DNA of 64,000 bases, from positions 138,922 through 202,921 of the forward strand of contig NW_003314307.1 in the NCBI RefSeq assembly GCF_000143415.4, given 5' to 3'. The notes under the pieces are model-generated. The model was not told the DNA's origin, did not search any database, and worked only from the letters and a program-made list of their open reading frames with translations. Origin of the DNA: Selaginella moellendorffii (Eukaryota; Plantae; Lycopodiophyta). This document shows, piece after piece, positions 27,411-38,283 of the stretch (positions are counted from its first letter, which is position 1; the number at the start of each line of letters is the position of its first letter). Made by a program: the position numbers and the translations under genes.

Positions 27411-27820
27411 TTGGTCCCATCCGATGAACTCTTTGTCATTTTGGTCATGCTTTCGGGGTTCCCTTAGCCTACGACACCTCGGCGAGTTGGTTCCTTACAA
27501 CTCCACCACCCATAGAAGAAGTTCGATGCCCACATCGAACGTCTCTTTTTTATCCTACGACTTGTTGACCATGTCTCCGGGGGCATCCCCCCACTTAGCG
27601 GTGTGCCTAAGTTAGCCTCCCCGGCCAAGAGCTCATGACAACGGAATATAGGTGTCCCTATACTCCACCCCTCACCACGCCCTAGTATGGGGTCGGGACT
27701 TGAACCCAGCCTTGCTTTACTAGGGGGTTGGGACTCGAACCCAACCTCCGTAGAATACGTCTACGGTTTCGACATCCCCGCAGGGAGTCGGGCGTAGCTC
27801 CCTACGCCTGGTCGACCTAG

Positions 27821-30800
27821 CTAACCCATGCTAATTAGCTCACCTTTGGCGCGCCTTCGGGTCCCAACATATGCCACTTGCTCAACTTTGCAAATTGATA
27901 TTTTTAATTGAACTTTGCATAAGTACATAGAGTTCTGCCTTGCAGAAATTCCTCCACTAGATCTCGCGCGTTCGCTAGGTTCTCCTCCGGTTCCCATGTT
28001 GCTTCGCAGTGTGGAAATCCTTTCCACTTCACATGGAACTCTCTCACCTCGCGTCCTTGTCGCTTGCTCTTGCGCGCATTGAGGATGGCCTCGACTTCGT
28101 ATTCCTCTTCCCCTTGGATAACCTCAGGTAAAGGTCTTACTTGGTCTTTGCGAAGCGGATCCTCAAAGTACGGCTTGAGTAAGTTCACATGGAACACTGG
28201 GTGCATCTTCCCCATCTCTCGAGGAAGTCGGAGTCGGTAAGCCACTTTACCGATTCGTGCCTCAATCTCGTAAGGCCCCGCGAACCTGCTTAAGGAACTC
28301 AAGATCAATTCATTTACAGGAATACATGCATTTTTACCTTTGGGTCAACTTTCGGCTGATCCCACTTGGTAGCCTAAGGTTCTTGGTGTTCAGCCACACC
28401 TTCTCCCCAGCTTGGAACTCTACGTCCCGGCGCTTTAGGTTCGCGTACTTGGTTTGCCTTTGTTGAGCCCGTTCCAAGGAATCCCTCACTAGATTCCAAA
28501 TGTTGAGTCTTTCCGCCGTGAATGCCTCCACTGCGGGTAACTCTCCATGATACTCGGCCACGCCGAGTTCCACAGGACCTTCAATAGCTCGCCCATTGAT
28601 GACTTCCCATGGACTCACCCCGATACTCGAATGTGGTGAGTTGTTATAACACATTTCCGCAAGTCCCAAATGACTTACCCAATCGGTCTGGTCTCCCGAG
28701 ACATAGCATCGCAAATAATCCTCCAGCTGCCTATTCACCCTTTCCGTTTGTCCGTCTGTCAAGAAGTGTTAGGACCACCAAACTTGACTTAATACCCCAT
28801 ACCTGTCTGTGGGTGATAGGCTGTGCTGAATTTCAACTTGGTGCGATACTGTTCTAGGAGGGTCCTCCAGAACCTACTAGTGAAGATCTTATCTCGATCT
28901 GAGATAATCTCCTCTAGCCTTCCCCGCACTCGAACCACTTGTTCGAAGAACAGTTTCGCCACACCTTCCGCATCCACCTCCGTTGTGGTGGGTATGAAAT
29001 GTGCCATCTTCGAAAATCGGTCCACCACCACGAATATCGCATCGAACCCCTCGCTTGGGGGTAGTCCCGTGATGAAGTCCATCGTGAGACATTTCCACGG
29101 ACGATCTGGAATTGGGATGCTTTGCAACAAGCCCCCACTAGCCTTAGTCACGGCTTTGACCTGCTGACATGTTGGACATGTCTTTACATAGTCTTGGACG
29201 TCCTTAGCCATATCTGGCCAATGGTACTTCCTCTTGAGTAAGCCCATCGTCTTGGGCACTCCGCCGTGTCCCGCAAGAGGTCCGTCATGACACTCTTCTA
29301 AGGCTACCTTCCTTAGTCCACCTTCTGGAACATACACCCTCGTTTGCTTGTAATAAATGAGTCCATTGCGTTCCGCATAGCCCGTTTTCTCTTCCGTTGG
29401 CGGCTCACCTCTCTGGTGAGCTTCCCGTGCCTCCAGATTCCTCAACAACACTTCTTGTGCTAGACCATCGTTCTCATATGCTGTCCGCACATCGTCCCAG
29501 AAGGTTGCTGTTGCGCTGGAGATCGCCAACCTCAAGCTCGCTTTTCGACTTAGCGCATCTGCCACGATGTTGCTCTTCCCAGGCTTGTACAGAATCTCGC
29601 AATCAAACTCGGCCAAAGCATTGGCCCACCGACCTTGTTTCCCTCTCAGGTCGGGTTGTGACAAGAAGTGTTTCGTTGCCACATTCTCCGTGTAAACCTT
29701 GAAGTGTCTCCCAAGGTAGTGTCGCCACTCCTTGAGCGCCTTGACCACCGCAAACAATTCCTTCTCGTGGGCAAGCCACTTCCGTTGAGCCTTGTCCAGC
29801 TTCTTCGAGAAGAACGCTACTGGATGGTTGTCTTGCTTCAAAACTGCGCCTAACGCAAAGTCCAAAGCATCCGTGTCTACCTCAAAGTCCTTACCAAAGT
29901 CCGGTAATGCCAACACCGGAGCCTTCCTCAACTTCCCTTTGAGGTGGACGAATGCCGCCTCGCATTCCGCTGTCCATACCATCTTCCCTTTTCCCGTTTG
30001 ATCCGTTAAGGGCAGGGCTACTCTCGAATAGTGTCTGATAAACTTTCGATAGTAGTTGCATAGCCCCAAGAACGCCCTCAACTCATGTACATTCGATGGT
30101 CGCTCCCATTCCTGGATCGCTTAGACCTTCTCCGGGTCCACCTTGAGCCCGTCCTGGCCCACCACATGCCCGAGAAACTTTACCTCTTGCTGAGCAAAGT
30201 CACATTTGCTCTCTTTAGCATACAGTTTATATTCCCTTAGTTTCTCAAACACCTTCGCCAAGTGTTCGGCATGCTCCTCTAGCGTCTCGCTATAGATCAG
30301 GATGTCGTCAATATAGACGACCACGAAGTGATCCAGATAGGGTACAAAGATGTGGTTCATCAACGCCGAAAACGTTGCCGGCGCATTGCACAGCCCAAAG
30401 GGCATCACCAAAAACTCAAAGCTCCCATACCTCGTTCGACAGGTTGTCTTCTCGACATCTTCCTTGGCTACCCTGATCTGGTAGTATCCTGACCTTAGGT
30501 CAATCCTCGAGAAGTATTTTGCCTTTCCCAACCTATCGAAGAGGTCCTCAATCCTTGGCAACGGGTACTTGTTCTTCTTGGTATACTTGTTGAGCAACCG
30601 GTAATCTATGCACATGCGCATAGATTCATCTTTCTTTTTCACAAATAGCACCGGCGCCCCATATGGCGACTTGCTCAACCTAACATACCCTTTGCCCACC
30701 AACTCCTCTAGTTGGCACTTGAGCTCCGCAAGTTCTTTTTCGTTCAAACGATAGGGGGGACGAACCACCGCCTCAGCGCCCTCGACAAGCTCAATCTTAT

Positions 30801-32676
30801 GTTCTATCGGTCGTGCGGGGGGCAACCCCGCCGGTAGCTCCTCCGGCATGGTATCCTGGAATTGGTCCAACACTCGCTGGATCACTAAAGGCACTTCTTC
30901 CGTTCTTGTCTTTTTGTCACTCTTCACCGAGAGTAAGCACAAAAAGGCTGCCTTAGTTCCTTTAGTGAGTTGTCCTCTCGTGGACACCAGGTTCAAGCAT
31001 GACTCTTTGGCCTTGCTTTGCCCTACCTTTAGATCCTGGGCCTCCACCCTAGACCTTCTTCCTTGGGCATTCGCCAATACCACAAGGTTCCTACCTTGTC
31101 CATGCAGGGCTACCACGAACCGATTAAACCAATCCATTCCGAAGATCACGTCAAATCCCGCCATATCCAAGACGGTGAAATCCATGTCCACTTTCCATGT
31201 CCCCACTTCGACTCTCGCTTGTCGAAGTACCTCATCGGTGCTTTGGCTACCCTGAACAAACTCTATAGTCCTTGGTTCGCCTAGCCGCTGCACCGTTAGT
31301 CCGGCTTGCCGGACTATGTCTGCAGCCACAAAATTATCCGAAGCACCCGTGTCAATAAGGATCTTAACAAAGCTACCTCCGAGCTTCCCTCGGAGGGCTA
31401 GTAGATGTCGCGAACGACTCTCTACCAAAGTTGCTCGTGTAATGAGTAACTTTGAGTTAGGGACTGGATCACATACCTCAGTTTGGACTTCACCCGACTT
31501 GATGGCCATATTGGCTTTGGCCTTCTTCGGGTAGGGACATTCCCTCGAGAAGTGTCCCGCTTCGCCGCAGTTGTAGCATACGTTGTTTCCCACGCTGCTA
31601 TACGACTTGACCTTCTTATCTGTGGGTTTGTCCTTTTTCGCTTGACTCCCCCACGTACTCGCTCGCTGGCCACTGGATTTGCCTTTCCGGAACCCCGAGG
31701 ACTCATTCTTAGAGAAACTCCTTTTGAATTTCCCCTTGCTATACGTTCCCCTTGGTTTGGCCCCTTTGCTAAATGTGGATCCCGACCCCGTCGTGTTCCC
31801 CTTTCGCAGGTTATCGTTGAAATGCACCTTGATGGCCGCATCCAACGCTTCCTTGTAGTTGGTCGGGTTCCACCTCATCACCTCGCCGTGAGCCCAGGTT
31901 TGCAAACCTGATATGAAGGCATGGAACGCATCCATATCCCCCATGTCCGTGACAAGTATCCTCTTTGCCATGAACCCATTCACATATTCCTGGATGGTTC
32001 CTGTCTGTTTCAGCCTACTCAGTTCATCCCTCAGATGCAGAGTGGCATTCGGAGGAACATATGTTGCGCGGATCCTCGCCTTCATCATGTCCCAAGTGAC
32101 CACCGGTCCTTCGTTGGCCTCCGTTGTTCTCCACCAAGACTTGGCATTATCTGCCAAGTATGGTTTTGCACATGGGACCTTCTCCGAGCTTGGTAACCGC
32201 AACGCTCGGAAGTAGTCCTCCATATCGTAAAACCAATCCTCCACCACCTTATAGTCATTCACTCCCTTGAAGACCGGTGGGGGCTTTGGTTTGTACTTGG
32301 GAACTGCCTGAGGGACTGATTCCACTTCGGTCTGTTCGACCTTGTCTGGTTTTGCCTCAGTCCCGGCCGAAAGATCCGCACCTTCTGCGCTGCCAGCATC
32401 CGCAGTCTTTCGCCTTTTCTTCCGCCTCTCGTCACGCTTCAGCTTGCGTACGAGAGTTTCCAGCAGGGCATTGGTCTGTGCCAACTGTCCTTCTAGCACG
32501 TCCAATCGAGCCTTGGACGACCGAACCTCGCCACCGGACTCCTGTTTGGAGGTTTCCTCACTGGAGTCCTCCTCATGCAAGGATTCCTCATCCATAGCCT
32601 CTTGTTCGACCGGAGGCTCCAGCTCTGGCGGAGGTTCCGTCTCCGCCTGGGTTCGCTTACGCCCTGCCCTTGCCAT
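27821..32676 (-). CDS. Gag-Pol polyprotein of element A; one premature TAA (30121-30123) and intron-like inserts 28756-28802, 28286-28337, 27886-27938
   Basis: Zn knuckle [14 protein letters not shown], protease LIDTGAS, RT YIDD, integrase HHCC and DDE, GPY/F, chromodomain. HPQT|DGQTER and KLTQR|FAGPY are restored exactly by GT-AG removal. Confidence 0.9.
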
Positions 32677-35600
32677 CTCCCAGCAATCCGCCTCTATCCT
32701 TCGCTAGAACTGAGGAAAAGGCTCCGATACCAAATTGTAAGCCACAAATTTTTCCTTTCCAATTTGCCAGCTTACCTCGTCTATCCGTCCAACACTGCCT
32801 TGGCTTTTGCTAAGTTCCCTTGCCAAGGTTCTCGCCTATGGTACCAGCTCCTACTTGGTTTCAGCTACTCACTGCACGAGCAACAGAGTGTTAGCCATCC
32901 TTCCACGGATTCCCAAATCACTCCCAATCCCCCTCCCCGGGTTAGACTGGACTTAAGGTTCGGCTACACTCCCCGCAAGCACAAGCAGCCAAGCACACCA
33001 AGCTTCCAGGTTCCTAACATCCCTTGGTACCACAAGACTTGATCATGGGACCCTCTAAATCCCAAGTCTTGAGTGCAACACTTGCTTCGGGACGCCGGGG
33101 CGAAACACCGTGGCCTAACGGCCCGGTATGGGTACCTCTCGCCCCCCACTTCCATCCCGAAGGAAGGCCCAAGCCCCTAGGAAGGGCGAGGACCAATGAG
33201 CCACATGGTACTCAAGTGGGGCACCACTCCACATGAGCCGGGAGCACCGCAATCGGTTTCCCTTTCGGGAGTGGGAGCTGCTCTTGAGCACTTCCTTGGA
33301 TGGCCCCTCCGGCACCAGCCAAGTCCATGCTCACTCCCACCCAAGGCCCCTTAGTCCCAGTCCCAACCTCAAGTCGGTTTGGAAGCCCAACTGGAGAGTC
33401 CCTTCAAAACTGGTTCCTGGACCTCACTATCCCTACTATACTTTTGGAACCCCCTGCAGCCCCCCCCCCCTGGGGGACGCACGCTTTGGGCTTTCACCCC
33501 TTGACCCGTATTAGTATTTGGACTTAGTCTCTGGCTCGATCTCGGATCCGATTTCGGATCCGACTTCGGATTCGGTCTCGGACTCGATCGCGGACTCGAT
33601 CTCGGACCCGATCTCGGGCCCGACCTCGGACTCGACTTCGGACTCGGTCTCGGACCCGATTTCGGATCTCGGACTCCGTCTCGAACTCGGTCTCGAACTC
33701 GGACTCGAACTCGGTCCCCGAGTCGGTCTTGGACTCGATTCCGGACTCTATCTCGAACTCGGTCCTAGAGTCGGTCTTGGACTCGATCTTTGACTTGGTC
33801 CCATCCGATGAACTCTTTGTCATTTTGGTCATGCTTTCGGGGTTCCCTTAGCCTACGACACCTCGGCGAGTTGGTTCCTTACATAAAGTTCAACTTGGTA
33901 CCGAATAACTAAAAGAGTGTGCCCCAAAACTTCCATGTAAATTTCGAATCCCTATCCGAAATCATCTCTTCAAGAAGACCACGAACCCGTACTACTTCAT
34001 GGAAAAAGAGATTTGCTACTTGCTTCACATTCACTGTTTCCACATTTGGAATGAAGTGTGCAATATTTAACAACCAATTTACAACCACCATCAAAGTATC
34101 ATAACCCTTAGACTTCAACAAGCAAGTAATGAAGTCAAGTGTCATACTCTAAAATGGCCATGCTAGTGCTAGAATGCACTGCAACTTTCCAGCCTGCTTC
34201 TCAATTCTGCACTTATATTGCTAGCATATAGGGCAAGAATAGACATAATCTGCTACATCACCTTCCATACCAGATCAAAAAAATCCCTTTTCAATAAAGT
34301 AAGAGTCTTTCGTTTTCCACCATGTCCCGCTACTAGAACATCATGATGTTCCCCCAAAAACAACTACTATAGATCCTCAGAGGGAAGATACAATCTTTTT
34401 TGTTTTTAGAATATAAGCCCATCATGAACTGAGAAGTGAAGCTTTGCATTTGTACAACTAGCAACTTTCATTGCATTATTATCAGGGTTCTGTTTTGACA
34501 ACTTCGCATGGTGAAAGATTGCCTTTGCCATTGGATCACTTCCATACAAAGTTCAAACGTCCTCCAACTAGTTTGAACTGAATGCTGATACTGCCTAGAA
34601 CTGAGTCTGATGACTCAACGCATCCAGAACAATATTGTCTTTACTAGGTTATATATGATTTCAATATTGAATCTAGTGAGCTTCTCTTGCCAATGAGCCT
34701 GCTTTGGCATAAGCTTAGGCTACATAGCAAAGTAGCTTAATGTGTTACTATCTATATAAACTTTGGTATGTCCACCCAAATAATGTCTCTAGTGTTCTAA
34801 CGTAGACACTATAGCAAACATCTCTTTCTCGTGGGTCGGCCATCTTTGTTGGGTTTCATCCAATTTCTTGGAATAGAATGCAATAGGACAACCATGTTGC
34901 CTTAGCATAACATCAATTGCTTTGTCACAATCTTGTTGCAACATGGCACCAATAGCATAGCCAGATGCATCACAATGCATTTTAAAAGGTTTATCAAGAT
35001 CCGGGATTCTGAGAATAAGAACCGTAGTCAAGATCTCCTTTAACCGTACAAAAGCATGCTGATAAACTGGTGTTCAATGAAATAGTATATTACTCTTTAT
35101 TAACTCAGTTAATGGAAGAGCAATTTTTGCAAATTGCAGATAAACTTGCAATAGTATCCCACCAAGATAACTTACTTGGTCAGAAATGACCTTTATCAAG
35201 AAGCTCTATGAGTTGCTTCTTGGATTCAACCATCTCCTTTATGTTCAAATGATACAAAGCTTTTGTAAGTGGTTTAGAACCCAGAATAACCTCAATCCAA
35301 CGATCAATCTCACAACTAGTAACCCTGGTGGCAAATCCTTCAAAAAGGTATTCTGATTCTTTGCCAACAACTCCAATATTTTATTTAATACAAGATCAAC
35401 CCTGTCACTGATTTGAACTGAGTCACCATCACCCTCAACTTCCATCACTTGAACCCAAAAGATCCAACATCCCTTCTTAGCTGGTTTTTAAGCAACTCTC
35501 GCAATCAAGAACTTAGCATCCCAATCCTTTGAGGAGCACATATTAGGACGTCCTTCTGACTTCAATGTGATGTGACTTTGTCCAGCACCATAAATCCCTT

Positions 35601-38283
35601 TAATATATTTGTGGAAAAAATCCATACCAAACACCATATGAAAATCTAGTATCTTTAACACTACTAAGTCCATTCTTTCTTTTCACTTGGATATTTTTAT
35701 TGAAACATCACTCACAAATTTTCTGGCTACTTGCCCACCTTTTGCAAACTGAAAGTATATGGGTGCCATCTACTCAGCATTCAATCTTAACAACTTAACT
35801 AAGTCTTTGGATATCATGTTGTGCATAGCTCTTGTATCAATCATCACTCGGATTCCGTGTCTGTAGACAAAGTTTACCAAATACATCAACAGATCAATGT
35901 TTGCATTGATTGTGAGAAAAACTTGAGGAAAGTAATGAAAGTAACTCACCTCATTTTCCTTATAGTTTGCATTGACCAACTCGTCAACCCCTTCAGCTTC
36001 ACCACCACCATCTTCCCTCATGACATTAACATGAGATCTTGTCTTATACTTATTGGGATATTCTAAGGACCTATGTCCTGACTCTCCATAATGGAAGTAA
36101 TGACCCACACTACTCATTCCGCTAGGAGTAGGTTTTGCAGGTTGCTACTACTTGTACCCACTAGGAGCAAGAACAGAGGGCCTAGGACTAGAAGAAGCTA
36201 CTAGTGGTTGCCAACCACCACCACCTTTGTTAACCATTGCTTGTGAGCCTTGAGGGTAGAACTTTCCTTTTAGCCTTTGTTTTCGATCACCTTGTTTATT
36301 CCCAGAATTCTTATTCTTGTCCAAGGTACCAACATACGGCTATTGATACTGTTCCATGACTGAGTGAATAAAGACAACGTGCTATGTTGCCTCATTACAC
36401 TCCAGGTACGTTTTTGGCTTAAACATCAAAATCTCATCGCAAGAAAGTGAACTTAAACCTTCTAGGAAATAACTTCGAGCATCTTCGTCACTCATATTTG
36501 CAATTATAATGCACTTTTGAGCAAACGCATTAACATAATGCAAAAGGCCCCCTCACTACTTTAACCACTACATCTCTAAGCGAAGTCTCAGACCTAGATC
36601 ATCCAGCAAGTATTCCTTACAAATACGAGACCACATCTTGGTTCAACTTCTAGTCTGCCCTTTTTCAACACACACCTGGTGCCACCAAGTTTTGGCATGA
36701 TCGATGAGAAAAGATTGCGTGCATGCAACTTTCGTACGATCATTTATGTCTGCCGCTATGAAATATTTTTCCATATCGTAGACCCAGTCTTCCAAAACCT
36801 GATAGTCCCGTATGCCTATGAAATTGGGTTGTTTCAGAGGCTTGATTTTTGAAACTCATGCAACCGGAGGCAGTTGCAAAACTTCATCATTCTTAGAACT
36901 TAAAGAGGAGTTCGATTGCTTAGGTTTAGCTAGTTTAGCTACCTCATCTTATTTTTTCCTCTTCTTGTTCTCCTTCTTCAATTTATGAACTTCCCTTCAC
37001 AAAGTCTCAATCTCAACTTCCCGAGCCGTATGCTGTAGCGTTGTAGCATCTAGCTCTTCCTCTTTTAACTCAGCCTCAGCCTCTTCCACAGCATCTCTAG
37101 CAAGAGTTTCCTCCTCTTGATTTGCCAATCTAGAAGTCTCAGCGTCATTAGTATAATTCCTTTTCACCATCCCACTAGCTGCATGCATGCATCTATCAGT
37201 AACTAAACATGCATATAATGTTCTTACTGAATGGTGAAATCCAATTAATCCTACACAGGTCACTTTGGATCTACTAGAAAAGTGTTTGCATATGCAACTT
37301 GAGTAAAAAAATCTGACAAAAGTTGGATAGGAATTTAAGACAATTCCTCTGATACCAAATGTAGTGCTTGAATTTAGAGCCAAAATCCAAGCCTATTGAG
37401 GGTCCGGTACAATCCCATGAGCACCAACTCCCTGTATCTAGCACCTACATGCAAAATGGTGTCAGATAGTGCCTGGCATGATTTTGGCATACCGGTGGCC
37501 TAACATGAGGAGGAGGGTACCCCACCGACTAGAGCAACATAGAGCTTGGGCTTAGACCCAAGCTGAATGCAAAACAAAGAGTGATACAACTTAGTGGAAG
37601 CTAAACTAATGTCTCAAGTGGTTAGCCATGCCCGACTTACCCACTATCCCTACTATACATTTGTAACCCCTCATAGTCCCCCCCTTCCCCTTTAAGGAAC
37701 ACACGCTTTGGGCTTTCACCCTTAGCCATCCTTAGTACCAGGAGTTAGTCTTTGGGACTAACTTAAAACTTACTAAATATAGAATGTCTTGGAGTGTCCT
37801 AAGTTGCAAGTTTAGACATGGGACAAACACCATTGTGTTCAAAACAATCTCTACATTCCGTAGATATGCCAAATGAGCAAATCTAGACACTTTCCATAAA
37901 TAGCATTTGGGACTGAAATGAGACTAATACAAAGGGTATGATAGTAAAGGTGTTTAGCAGACACGGTAAGCTATCATTTAGTGAATATTGAGGGACTAAT
38001 CTCAATATCATAGAGGTTCCCAACACTAGCAAGTGCAAGCCAATAACATGAGTTTCTCATCACCATGTCAAGTATACTTGATTTAATGACAATTTAAGAT
38101 TTCCTTCCTTAGTGCCCTTTCGGTCTAAGTGCACATGTGCTAATTAGTTTCTCAACTAGCTTGAGTGGAGACTATAAAAGAAATCAACAATACCAACCTC
38201 CTACCGTCATGGCAGTAAGGAAAGAATGTCTATAAGGACTAACTGACAAGTATCTTTTGATACTCAAAGTCATATTCACGACA

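Larger units (their letters stand above)
26352..33883 (-). mobile_element. Full-length young chromovirus Ty3/gypsy retrotransposon (element A)
   Basis: 1148-bp LTRs 26352-27499 and 32736-33883 with about 4 differences by eye; TG...CA; TSD TAAAG; PBS TGGTATCGGAGCC; PPT 27500-27511; gag-PR-RT-RH-INT-chromodomain. Confidence 0.98.
24939..38283 (-). mobile_element. Decayed chromovirus gypsy element (family C), 5' LTR 37360-38283, RT core deleted, host of nested element A
   Basis: PBS 37347-37357; gag, protease (VMIDTRA), RNase H (CDASGYAIGAML), integrase (TLDFITCL), chromodomain about 25547-25679. RT start fused to RT end near 35170. Confidence 0.85.

Noticed and set aside
27682-27746. tRNA gene
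   Set aside because: Only T-arm-like motifs; no D arm, anticodon arm or A-box.
30121-30123. Programmed stop-codon readthrough in element A
   Set aside because: Lies within RT, not at the gag/pol boundary; most simply a CAA-to-TAA mutation.
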